A DNA stretch of 30,137 nt, from positions 1 to 30,137 of the forward strand of contig CAZAHQ010000001.1 of assembly GCA_964484415.1 (NCBI GenBank). Direction: 5' to 3'. The stretch is from an uncultured Acidobacteriota bacterium. GTDB taxonomy: Bacteria > Acidobacteriota > Polarisedimenticolia > J045. The notes beneath the pieces were generated by a model that had not been told where the DNA came from, did not search any database, and was given only the letters and a program-made list of their open reading frames with translations. Positions 1 to 8,012 of this stretch are shown in pieces. A program made the translations under genes and the position numbers. Position 1 is the first letter of the stretch; each line of letters opens with the position of its first letter.

Positions 1-1296
1 CGCTGCCACCGGTGAGTGGACGCTGGTCTTCATCGAGTTAGCCTCGGCATCGGTGTGGCACTCGTAGCAAACCTTGTCCTGCCTGGCTTTCATGATTGCC
101 GGCACACCGGAGCCGTGCGGGTTGTGGCAGGACAAACACATCCCCTGGCCGAACGGCATGTGCTCGACCTTCGGGGCAGGAGCGTCCTTCATCGCCGTGT
201 GACAACTAAAGCAGAGATCGTCTTCTTTCACCGCCAAGATCGCCGTGCCGAAACCTGCGTGCGGAGAGTGACACGACAGGCAGCCCTTCTCGTCGAGCAT
301 CGGCTGGTGCGGGAACGGTTGCTCTTTGACCTGCTCCTCATGGCACTCGGCACACAACAAGTTCCCGGCTTTGGAAACCAACTTCGGTTGTTGCGATGAG
401 TGCGGATCGTGACACGACAAGCACATCCCGGTTTCGAATGGAACGTGAACGGTATCGCGACCCGCGGTGAGCTTGGCCGAGTCGTGACACTCGGCACACA
501 TCTGTTCGGCATCACCCTTGAGGGTGAACGGCGTTGGCGAGGTTGCGGCTTGGTGACACTTGTCGCAGGCCGCAACCGCCACTGGGTTGTGGACGCTGGT
601 CTTCAAGAGGCCCTTGAGAGTGGACGAGTGAGGATCGTGACAGACGCTGCAGTTGGACTTCTCGACGGGGTAGCCGGCGTGCGCTCGTTTGAACGCGTCC
701 TTACCCGGCTCGTGACACGAGATGCAAAGCGCGGTCTGCGGCTTGATCAAGAGCGCCGCTTCGCTCGACCCGTGCGAGCTGTGACAGGCCGAGCAACCGT
801 CCTTGCGCAGTACCTCGTGCACGATCGGCTTTTCGAAGGCCGCCTTGGCGTGACATTCATAGCAGGACGCAGCCCCCTGTTTCTTGAGCAGGTGCGCTCC
901 ATCGGAGGCGTGCGCTTCGTGGCAGACCGTGCACTTCCCGCCCTTGAGCGCGGAATGAACGAATTTCTGGTCAAGGCCGAGTTCTGCTTTCTTGTGACAG
1001 TCAAAGCAGAGATCGTTGCCATCCTTCTTCAGGAGTAGCTTGGGTACGAGCCCGTGACGCATGTGGCAATCTTCACACTTGCCGGTCGTGACCCCCGGAT
1101 GCGCCGTCTTGGCGGCGGAATACTTGGCGGCCTCTTGCTTGTGGCATTCCAGACAACTCTTGGGTTGAAAACGCCGAGCCTCTGACCATGCCGGATGGCC
1201 ACTGACGAACAGCAGGGCAATCAGCAGCCCGAGCGGCGCACAGTGTTCAGCCAACCGTGGGAGCCACGAACCTTGGATCGGTTTGATCACGCACAT
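1..1296 (-). CDS. Multiheme c-type cytochrome, paired/doubled CxxCH type, at least 16 hemes; partial, continues beyond the left edge
   Basis: Not in the ORF track because there is no stop in the window. Manual translation from ATG 1296 gives 432 open codons: signal-peptide-like N-terminus (LGLLIALLFVSGHPAWSEA), then CLECH, CEDCH, CFDCH, CTVCH, CYECH, CSACH, CISCH, CSVCH, CDKCH, CAECH, CLSCH, CAECH, CLSCH, CFSCH, CLSCH, CYECH. Every second motif tends to be CxxCHxxH, preceded by a distal His (AHPG, VHSA, VHEV, VHNP, VHVP, EHMP). GTG 1290 is an alternative start. Confidence 0.95.
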   Translation of the reverse strand, partial: MCVIKPIQGSWLPRLAEHCAPLGLLIALLFVSGHPAWSEARRFQPKSCLECHKQEAAKYSAAKTAHPGVTTGKCEDCHMRHGLVPKLLLKKDGNDLCFDCHKKAELGLDQKFVHSALKGGKCTVCHEAHASDGAHLLKKQGAASCYECHAKAAFEKPIVHEVLRKDGCSACHSSHGSSEAALLIKPQTALCISCHEPGKDAFKRAHAGYPVEKSNCSVCHDPHSSTLKGLLKTSVHNPVAVAACDKCHQAATSPTPFTLKGDAEQMCAECHDSAKLTAGRDTVHVPFETGMCLSCHDPHSSQQPKLVSKAGNLLCAECHEEQVKEQPFPHQPMLDEKGCLSCHSPHAGFGTAILAVKEDDLCFSCHTAMKDAPAPKVEHMPFGQGMCLSCHNPHGSGVPAIMKARQDKVCYECHTDAEANSMKTSVHSPVAA

Positions 1297-1596
1297 TGTC
1301 TGGCCTGTTCCTCGGGCTGAAATCGTACGTCCATCTTACGCGAGTGCAGGATCTGTTCTCTCAGTCTGAGTTTGATCTCTTGGGTACAGTTTCGGTCAGT
1401 CTTCGTATCGCGCTGTGACCTTGGTCAAGCCTTCCGGTTGTGTCGGGACGCGACGGCGCAGCGTCCGAGACAAATCCATGTCTTTGGCCTATCCAAGGAT
1501 CGGCAACCGATCACGATCAAGGCTTGACTTGTCCCGATTGCGCACACGCGGGATACCGGTTACCGCGCTCCGAGTCGGGCACTCGGCGACGGCACG

Positions 1597-3156
1597 TCAG
1601 GCGGAGGTGGGGGCGGCAACGTGGGATTCCGCCGCTTCCTTCTTTCGGCTTCGAAACCAGGTGCGCCAGCCTTCGGTCAGCTCCAAGAAACCCCACCCGA
1701 CGATGGCCTTCACCAGCAGCTTCCCACTGGCGGGCTCCAACGAAAACCCCGGAAACAAGAACCGCTTTCCACCATTCTGTCGCCCCAACGCGCGGCGCTC
1801 ACGACGGGCACTCGCGATGCTGGCGAAGCGACGGTTGTAGCCGCGCATGAAATAGAAAAACGGTGTCGACGGCGGGGTCATGAACACCGGCTCACGCAGC
1901 GCCACCTCGCCGCGCTTGAACGGCTGCGACACGATGCCGAGGTAGAAGAACCCGAGGTCCATGGTGAACGCCAGACGCATCAGGTCGTATTCGCCGAGAT
2001 ACTCGTACTTGTCCTTGTATACGGCCTCGAACCAGCGGTCGTAGCTGCGTCGAAAATCGCGATTGTGTTTGGCCACGAGCGGCGCTACCGACTCGCCGCG
2101 TTGCTGTGCGGCGATCAGGTCGACGCTGCGGCACACCGTATAAGTGATCCAATCCATGCCAGGACTGTAGAGCGGATCCATGAATGCGGCGGCATCGCCG
2201 ACCAGCGCAAAACCGTCGCCCGCGAACTGTGTGCTCGAGTACGGCAATTGTCGTCGTACGTGCACATCGCCTTCGATCCAGGTGGCGTCGGCCAACAGTT
2301 CTTTGCCAGCCGGATGCAGCGAGAGAAAGTCCTTCAGCTTTTGTCCTTGCGAGCCACCCTTGGGCCATTCCATGCGGCGTTGGTCGTAAACGACGCCGAT
2401 GCTGACATCGCCACCCTTGAGTGGAATCCACCAGGCCCACCAACCGTCGCCGGTGAGATGGTTGGTGGCGGTGCTTCGCAGTCCAAAGGCGGCTTGGCCC
2501 CAAGCTGGGAACTTGGTCGCCAAGGCGCGGCTGTCCCAGTCCTTCACACCGCGCCAACGCGACCATACCGCGCAGGTCGGATGCTCTTCGTTGAGGCGAT
2601 GCCAGCCCTCCTGGCGGGCCAGTTGCGCCGCCAGCCCGGAAGCATCGACGACCCATCGTGCGTCGATCTGTTGAGTCTCGTCCCCATGCTGGACTGTCAA
2701 CCTCTGCTCACTGCCGTCGCACAGTTGAACGCGACTGACCTTGGCGGGGCGCATCAGCGTGATCCCCATCGCCACGGCGCGACTCAGTACTTCTTCGTCG
2801 AGCACCGATCGATCGACTTGATACGCAGGTAACCGCACCTGATAACGCGGCCCGATCTCGCTGCAATCGGCCAGCGAGTGTGCCTGTTGGTTGGAGAACC
2901 AGAAACGCATCCCCTGCTTGACCAGGTGCGATTCGTTGAGATGTTGGGTGAGGTCCAAGACACGTCCCAGGAAGAACGCGCTGACCTCGACCGTCGCCTC
3001 CCCCACCTTGCGCGTGAACTGCGTCGCCTTCTCGACTACCAAAACTCGCAACGAAGGGTTGTCGCGAAGCAAGAGGATCGCGGTGGCTGCACCGGAAAGC
3101 GAGCCGCCGATGATCGCGACGTCGTACTGCCGACGGCCTGGGTCAGGTGCGCTCAT
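1597..3156 (-). CDS. Flavin-dependent halogenase (tryptophan halogenase superfamily)
   Basis: Rossmann motif DVAIIGGSLSG, KVGEA, candidate catalytic Lys in HLVKQGMRF, halogenase WxWxIP motif (WAWWIPL), GDAAAFMDPLYSPG. Start at MSAPD (3156) preferred; ORF track start 3186. Confidence 0.85.
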   Translation of the reverse strand: MSAPDPGRRQYDVAIIGGSLSGAATAILLLRDNPSLRVLVVEKATQFTRKVGEATVEVSAFFLGRVLDLTQHLNESHLVKQGMRFWFSNQQAHSLADCSEIGPRYQVRLPAYQVDRSVLDEEVLSRAVAMGITLMRPAKVSRVQLCDGSEQRLTVQHGDETQQIDARWVVDASGLAAQLARQEGWHRLNEEHPTCAVWSRWRGVKDWDSRALATKFPAWGQAAFGLRSTATNHLTGDGWWAWWIPLKGGDVSIGVVYDQRRMEWPKGGSQGQKLKDFLSLHPAGKELLADATWIEGDVHVRRQLPYSSTQFAGDGFALVGDAAAFMDPLYSPGMDWITYTVCRSVDLIAAQQRGESVAPLVAKHNRDFRRSYDRWFEAVYKDKYEYLGEYDLMRLAFTMDLGFFYLGIVSQPFKRGEVALREPVFMTPPSTPFFYFMRGYNRRFASIASARRERRALGRQNGGKRFLFPGFSLEPASGKLLVKAIVGWGFLELTEGWRTWFRSRKKEAAESHVAAPTSA

Positions 3157-3268
3157 GCGCCGATTATTCGGAGATCCATCATGCATGGCAAACGATTTCC
3201 TCCCTGAAAAGCCCCTGGTGTTAGCATCCGAGGCTCATTCAAACCGGGCATTACAGTCAGAGGTGTCG

Positions 3269-3748
3269 ATGTCCCTGATCCAGCGCGACGTCTGTTCCCT
3301 GATCTACGAGCAGCGTTGGGCCGCACTGGCGACGACCGGCAGTGACGGGCCCACCGCATCAATGGTGGCGTATGCACCCGAGCCCGGCTTGAACGGTTTG
3401 CTGATTTACATCAGCCAGCTCGCAGCCCACACCGGTCAGTTACTCGCTCATCCCGTTTGCTCGCTGGCGATCAGCGTGCCCGATGGTGGACTCGACGATC
3501 CCCAGTTGCTCCCCAGGGTCAGCTTGCGCGGCAAGGCCACGCCGATTGCGCGCGACTCCGCCGGGTTCGCGGCGGCTGCGGCTTGCTATGTGGAACGGAT
3601 TCCGGCCGCGGCGCCGCGCTTGGCACTGACCGACTTTCAGTTGTTTCGATTCGTGTTCGAGGAAGCGCGATTCGTCGGCGGCTTCGCGCGCGCGGCGCGC
3701 TTCGAAGGCGACCCGCTGCGGATGGTTGCCGTGGAGATGGGGCTGTAG
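3269..3748 (+). CDS. Pyridoxamine 5'-phosphate oxidase-like split-barrel FMN-binding protein (HugZ/CREG-like)
   Basis: AALATTGSDGPTASMV, ISQLAAHTGQLLAHPVCSL, PRVSLRGKA, DFQLFRF...FVGGFARA. GAGGTG RBS just upstream of ATG 3269, in frame with track ORF 2891..3748. Confidence 0.85.
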   Translation: MSLIQRDVCSLIYEQRWAALATTGSDGPTASMVAYAPEPGLNGLLIYISQLAAHTGQLLAHPVCSLAISVPDGGLDDPQLLPRVSLRGKATPIARDSAGFAAAAACYVERIPAAAPRLALTDFQLFRFVFEEARFVGGFARAARFEGDPLRMVAVEMGL

Positions 3749-3807
3749 CGCGACGTTCGATCGAGTCACGAGACGGTGAGTAGAGAACACCGCGAAGGGT
3801 GCGAGTG

Positions 3808-4755
3808 CTAGCGCCGTCCACCGGATCTGCGCGCCACGGGCATCGAGTCCTTCAGCTCTGCGCGCAACATGACGTACGAGGCGTGACGCTCAGCACTCAC
3901 GCTGCCGGCGGCCACCGCCGCGAGTACAGCGCACCCCGTGTCCTTGTGATGAGCGCAATCTTGAAACCGACAGTTACCCAGACTGGGACGGAACTCGGGA
4001 AAACAGTGAGCCAGATCGTCGAGTTCGATCCCCCAAAGACCGACCTCGCGCAAGCCCGGCGTGTCGGCCACGAATCCACCGTCGGGCAGCGGAATCAGCT
4101 TGGCGCCCACCGTGGTATGCCGTCCCTTGTTGACCGACGCGCTGATCTCACCGACACGCAGATGAGTGCCCGGGTAGAGCGCGCTGAGCAGCGAAGACTT
4201 GCCGACGCCGCTCGGCCCCGACAGCGCCGATCGCCCCATGGCGAGCACACCTCGTATGGCCTCCAGACCGGCACCGATGTTGGCGCTGGTGAGGTGCACG
4301 GGATATCCAGCCGCCATGAATGGCGCCACGAAGGCGTGCGCTGAGCGTTCATCGACAAGCTCGCATTTGTTCATCACCAGGCGTGCTGCAATGCCATTCG
4401 CCTCGGCGATCACTAGGAACCGGTCGATCATGCGGGCATGCGGTTCGGGTTTGCCGAACGCAAAGACGACGATCACCTGCTCGATGTTGGCGACGACCAC
4501 GCGCGAGCTGAAGCGAGAGCGTGGGTCGCGGCGCGCCAGCGTCGATCGCCGTGGATGAATCGCGTCGATCGCCCAGCCACCGTTCGATCCGCTGCGTGCG
4601 ATCGAGACATCGTCGCCAATCGCGAGTTTGGTGGCGCCTTCGTGCTTCAGTCGTCCGCGCAAGCGTGCGTTGACGATCTCGCCTCCGGCCGTCCACACCT
4701 GCCACCCGCCACCGGTGCCTTCGAGCACGACTCCTTGCTTTGTTACTTCATCCAT
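3808..4755 (-). CDS. rsgA: Ribosome small subunit-dependent GTPase A
   Basis: Circularly permuted GTPase motifs NKCEL, GPSGVGKSSL, GRHTT, DTPG; Zn finger CRFQDCAHHKDTGC; N-terminal OB-fold-like region. Confidence 0.97.
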   Translation of the reverse strand: MDEVTKQGVVLEGTGGGWQVWTAGGEIVNARLRGRLKHEGATKLAIGDDVSIARSGSNGGWAIDAIHPRRSTLARRDPRSRFSSRVVVANIEQVIVVFAFGKPEPHARMIDRFLVIAEANGIAARLVMNKCELVDERSAHAFVAPFMAAGYPVHLTSANIGAGLEAIRGVLAMGRSALSGPSGVGKSSLLSALYPGTHLRVGEISASVNKGRHTTVGAKLIPLPDGGFVADTPGLREVGLWGIELDDLAHCFPEFRPSLGNCRFQDCAHHKDTGCAVLAAVAAGSVSAERHASYVMLRAELKDSMPVARRSGGRR

Positions 4756-4894
4756 GGGCTGTCGCTTTCAGGGTGCCTTGGTGTGACCAAGGGGACATGA
4801 CCCAGCTCGTCAGCGGGGTCGTTGCGATACCGCGCCCGACAGTGCGCCACTTTAAGCGCGGTGGCGAATGTCGATCGAGGTTTGGCCGCTGAAC

Positions 4895-5995
4895 TCAAGC
4901 GCCGAACACTTGATCGAAGAACTCCAGCACCCTCGACGCCATCCAGTTCAGGCGCCCAGGAAACGGCCCGGTGACGAATCCCACGTGCCCACCCGTCAGG
5001 GGTTGGTCCAATCTCACGGCAGGCGACACGTCAACGACACCGGGCAGATGCTCGGATGGGAGAAACGGATCGTTGTGCGCGTTCAACAGCAGTGTCGGCA
5101 GTTCGATCTCGAGCAGGCGGCGGCGTGTCGAGCATCGCGCGTAGTAATCAGCAGCACCGTCGAAGCCGTGCACCGGCGCTGTGAACGCATCATCGAAGTC
5201 GCCCAGCGTCTTTGCTGTTCGAACGCGCGCCGCATCGGCGAGTCCTGGAAACTGCTCGATCTTGCGCAGCGCAGTGGGGACGAGCGTCTTGAGAAAGTGG
5301 TGTGCGTAGAATCGATTGAATCCTCGCGCCAACGACCGGTTGGCCGCCGCCAGATCGAACGGAGTGCTCACCGCGGCGACGGCCGAAACGAGATCGTTCG
5401 CCCGCGCGCCCTGCTCGCTGAGCCACTTCACGATCACATTGCCGCCCAACGAGACACCGACGACCAAGATGGTTGCTGCGGGCCAGTCGAGGCGCAAGCG
5501 GCGCAGCACCCAGTCGGCTTCGTTTGAATCGCCAGAGTGGTATGTCCTCGGCAGCAGGTTCGGTTCGCCGGAGCAACCTCGAAAGTGAACGACCACGCCA
5601 CGCCAACCACGAGTCGCGACGGCGCTCATCAGCGTGAGCGAAGAGTGGCTCCGAGAATTTCCTTCCAGCCCATGAAACAACACGACCAGCGGAGGCTCGG
5701 ATGATTCGGCGCCGACCACGCCGATCGCCTTCTCGCGGTGGGCCTGCAACCGCGGACTGCTCGGCGCGGACGCTAGCGCCGCCGCATCGAGCCAGTCCAG
5801 ATCGATGAAGTCACCATCGGGTGTCGTCCAACGTTCCCGCTTGTATCGAATCACCGGCGCGCGGCAAACGAAGGGCCATAACGTCTGTGCGTTCCCCCCT
5901 GGCAGCCACGCTGGCGCACGATACAGGCTGCTACTCACGCTTAGTTCCCCCAAAGGCGACATGGTATGCGCAACGACTGGCTGCGAGGCGAGCAC
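4895..5995 (-). CDS. YheT-family alpha/beta hydrolase
   Basis: PAWLPGGNAQT, DGDFIDLDW, HGLEGNS, FRGCSGEPN, GVSLGG (nucleophile Ser), NDPFL (Asp), GGHVGF (His). Start could be ATG 5962. Confidence 0.9.
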   Translation of the reverse strand: MLASQPVVAHTMSPLGELSVSSSLYRAPAWLPGGNAQTLWPFVCRAPVIRYKRERWTTPDGDFIDLDWLDAAALASAPSSPRLQAHREKAIGVVGAESSEPPLVVLFHGLEGNSRSHSSLTLMSAVATRGWRGVVVHFRGCSGEPNLLPRTYHSGDSNEADWVLRRLRLDWPAATILVVGVSLGGNVIVKWLSEQGARANDLVSAVAAVSTPFDLAAANRSLARGFNRFYAHHFLKTLVPTALRKIEQFPGLADAARVRTAKTLGDFDDAFTAPVHGFDGAADYYARCSTRRRLLEIELPTLLLNAHNDPFLPSEHLPGVVDVSPAVRLDQPLTGGHVGFVTGPFPGRLNWMASRVLEFFDQVFGA

Positions 5996-6014
5996 GGTGC
6001 GCAGGATCCTCGAC

Positions 6015-7958
6015 TCAGGGTTCGGTCATCTCCGACTTCAGCTGCTCGATCAGCGATGGCAAGTGAAACCGCGACTCCGCGCTGTCAGGTGCCAATGCGA
6101 TCGCCTGCTCGAACGACTCGAGAGCAGCGTGCTTGTTGCCGATCGCCATGTACGCGAGCCCCAGCTCCACTCGCGTGTCGGCATCGCGCGGGTTGAGTTG
6201 CTGCGCGGCTTGGAGTTGCTCGATCGCCTCTTGGTTGCGCCCCAGCCGACGCAACAGCCCGCCCAGGTTGTAGCGCGCAATCACCGACTCAGGTTTTGCA
6301 GCGACACACGCCGCGTACTCGGTGACGGCCTCTTCCAACCGATCCGCTTCAGCCAGCAGACCCGCGAGCTGGAATCGATCCTCGATCGACGCGGCGCTGC
6401 TCGAGATTTTCTTGCGTAACACCTCGATCACGTCGGATGCGCGTCCTGCCGCTTGCAGCACGTCGATCAGGTTCTGCTGCAATGCCGGATCGTCCGGGCG
6501 CAGCGCTGCCGCTTCCTTCGTATCTGCGATCGCGGCCGGAATGTCGTCCTTCAGCAAATGACACCAGGCCAAGCCCAACTTGACCTCCGGCACGCCGACC
6601 AAGCCCCAACGATCGGCAAGCGAGAAGTGCTGAAACGCCGCAGCCATGGCGTTGTGGTGTCGGGCAGAGTAAGTCCGCTCTCGAAACGCGCCGCTCAACA
6701 CATCGGCGCGCGAGCTTTCGGTTTGCTCCAGGTAGTGCGCCCCGCGCGCGCGCTGCCACTGCACGAACGCGCTGTGCGCCACGAACACCATCCACAGTGA
6801 GGCCAGGCCAACAACGATCAGGGAGCGCGTCTGAACCTTTCCCGAACTCTTCAGTGTCAAGTTCTGGACTCTGACGCTGGGATCTCGAAACACTCGGAGC
6901 AGCATCAAGGCGAGAAACGCCGTGATGCCGCCAAGCCCAATCGACATCAACAGCGGCGGCCCGTCGTACAGCCCACGAAACGCGAGCGTGGCGATCGCAC
7001 ATACGATCAACACCAGCGTCTCATCGAAGACGCTGAGATCGTATCGTTTGGATCGCTCCGCGGTCGGAAGGCGCGTCAGAGCCGCGGGCCTTGCAAATGA
7101 GAAGCTGAGCGCTTCCTTCGGGCAGACACTGACGCAATCGAGGCACTTCATGCAGCCCGGATCGACCACCATGCCGTAGAGCTTGACCTCTTCGTGAACC
7201 CGCACGTTGGAGGTACAGGTTGCCGTGCAATGGCCGCACTGCTCGCACGCATCACTCACCACGATGCGTCCCGGCGACAATCGGTCCAAGCCACCGAAGG
7301 CGGCACCGTACGGACACCCGTAGGTGCAAAAACCTTTGGATCCCAAGAAGTACACCGCCGCAAAACCACACGACAGAAACGTCAGCGTTGTGAACAACGG
7401 GCCGGGGAACGTCGCCCAGAACGACGACGTCACGAGATGGTTGGTGAATCCGGGAAACGGAGGGACGGCGCTCGGCATGACGAGCCGCTTCAGGCTGGGC
7501 CAGACAAACATGTAGAGCATCAGAGCTAACGGTACGAAGGCCAGGAATCGCGAGCGAAACGGCTTGGGTCGAACACCGAGCTTCTTCATGATCCAAGCGC
7601 ACAGGTCCTGAAGTGCGACGAGGTGACAGGCCCATCCGCAGAAGAACCGGCCAAAGACCAGCGTGCCGAGCAACGTCAGCGCGAAGAAGATGAAACCGGC
7701 GTTGAGGTAGCCGAGCTCCAACGTGTACATGCTCTCCGAGGGCTCGACCGGCGAGAGCGTCTTCCCTGCGAGCATGAAGTGCGTGACGTGCGCCGCAACC
7801 AACGCGTGCACACCGACCAGCACGGCGGCGCGCCACTTGCTGTTCTTGGACTTTCGCAGCGCCGAAAGCGAACCGCGGCCAGCGACCGGGAGCATCGGGT
7901 CGCTCGGGTCGACACCGACGCTGCACCGGCTGGACTTCTGGCTCGTCGCCTTCTTCAC
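6015..7958 (-). CDS. Membrane 4Fe-4S polyferredoxin (NapH/MauN/RdxA-like core) fused to C-terminal TPRs
   Basis: Several hydrophobic helices; FFCGWACH and FCTYGCPYG motifs; two ferredoxin motifs CEQCGHCTATC and CMKCLDCVSVCP; TPR-like repeats at the C-terminus (ARYNLGGLL..LGRNQEAIEQL..A..LNP; TRVELGLAY..IGN...A...FEQAIALAP). Start GTG 7958 or ATG 7895. Confidence 0.88.
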   Translation of the reverse strand: MKKATSQKSSRCSVGVDPSDPMLPVAGRGSLSALRKSKNSKWRAAVLVGVHALVAAHVTHFMLAGKTLSPVEPSESMYTLELGYLNAGFIFFALTLLGTLVFGRFFCGWACHLVALQDLCAWIMKKLGVRPKPFRSRFLAFVPLALMLYMFVWPSLKRLVMPSAVPPFPGFTNHLVTSSFWATFPGPLFTTLTFLSCGFAAVYFLGSKGFCTYGCPYGAAFGGLDRLSPGRIVVSDACEQCGHCTATCTSNVRVHEEVKLYGMVVDPGCMKCLDCVSVCPKEALSFSFARPAALTRLPTAERSKRYDLSVFDETLVLIVCAIATLAFRGLYDGPPLLMSIGLGGITAFLALMLLRVFRDPSVRVQNLTLKSSGKVQTRSLIVVGLASLWMVFVAHSAFVQWQRARGAHYLEQTESSRADVLSGAFRERTYSARHHNAMAAAFQHFSLADRWGLVGVPEVKLGLAWCHLLKDDIPAAIADTKEAAALRPDDPALQQNLIDVLQAAGRASDVIEVLRKKISSSAASIEDRFQLAGLLAEADRLEEAVTEYAACVAAKPESVIARYNLGGLLRRLGRNQEAIEQLQAAQQLNPRDADTRVELGLAYMAIGNKHAALESFEQAIALAPDSAESRFHLPSLIEQLKSEMTEP

Positions 7959-8012
7959 AACGCCGGCGCTCGCGAACCTATCCGGCTTGCACGCGTCTCG
8001 CGCGATGCCGCA

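Noticed and set aside
16-1038. Plus-strand ORFs 16..399 and 400..1038
   Set aside because: Antisense shadows of the multiheme cytochrome; their repeated VT dipeptides are the reverse complement of Cys-His codons.
1621-2832. 403-aa plus-strand ORF
   Set aside because: Fully antisense to the motif-rich halogenase and has no recognisable motifs.
2891-3268. N-terminal extension of the split-barrel ORF
   Set aside because: Overlaps the halogenase on the opposite strand; a good RBS sits before ATG 3269.
4776-4792. Palindrome CCTTGGT-GTG-ACCAAGG upstream of rsgA
   Set aside because: A single short inverted repeat that I cannot assign to an operator or terminator; may be chance.
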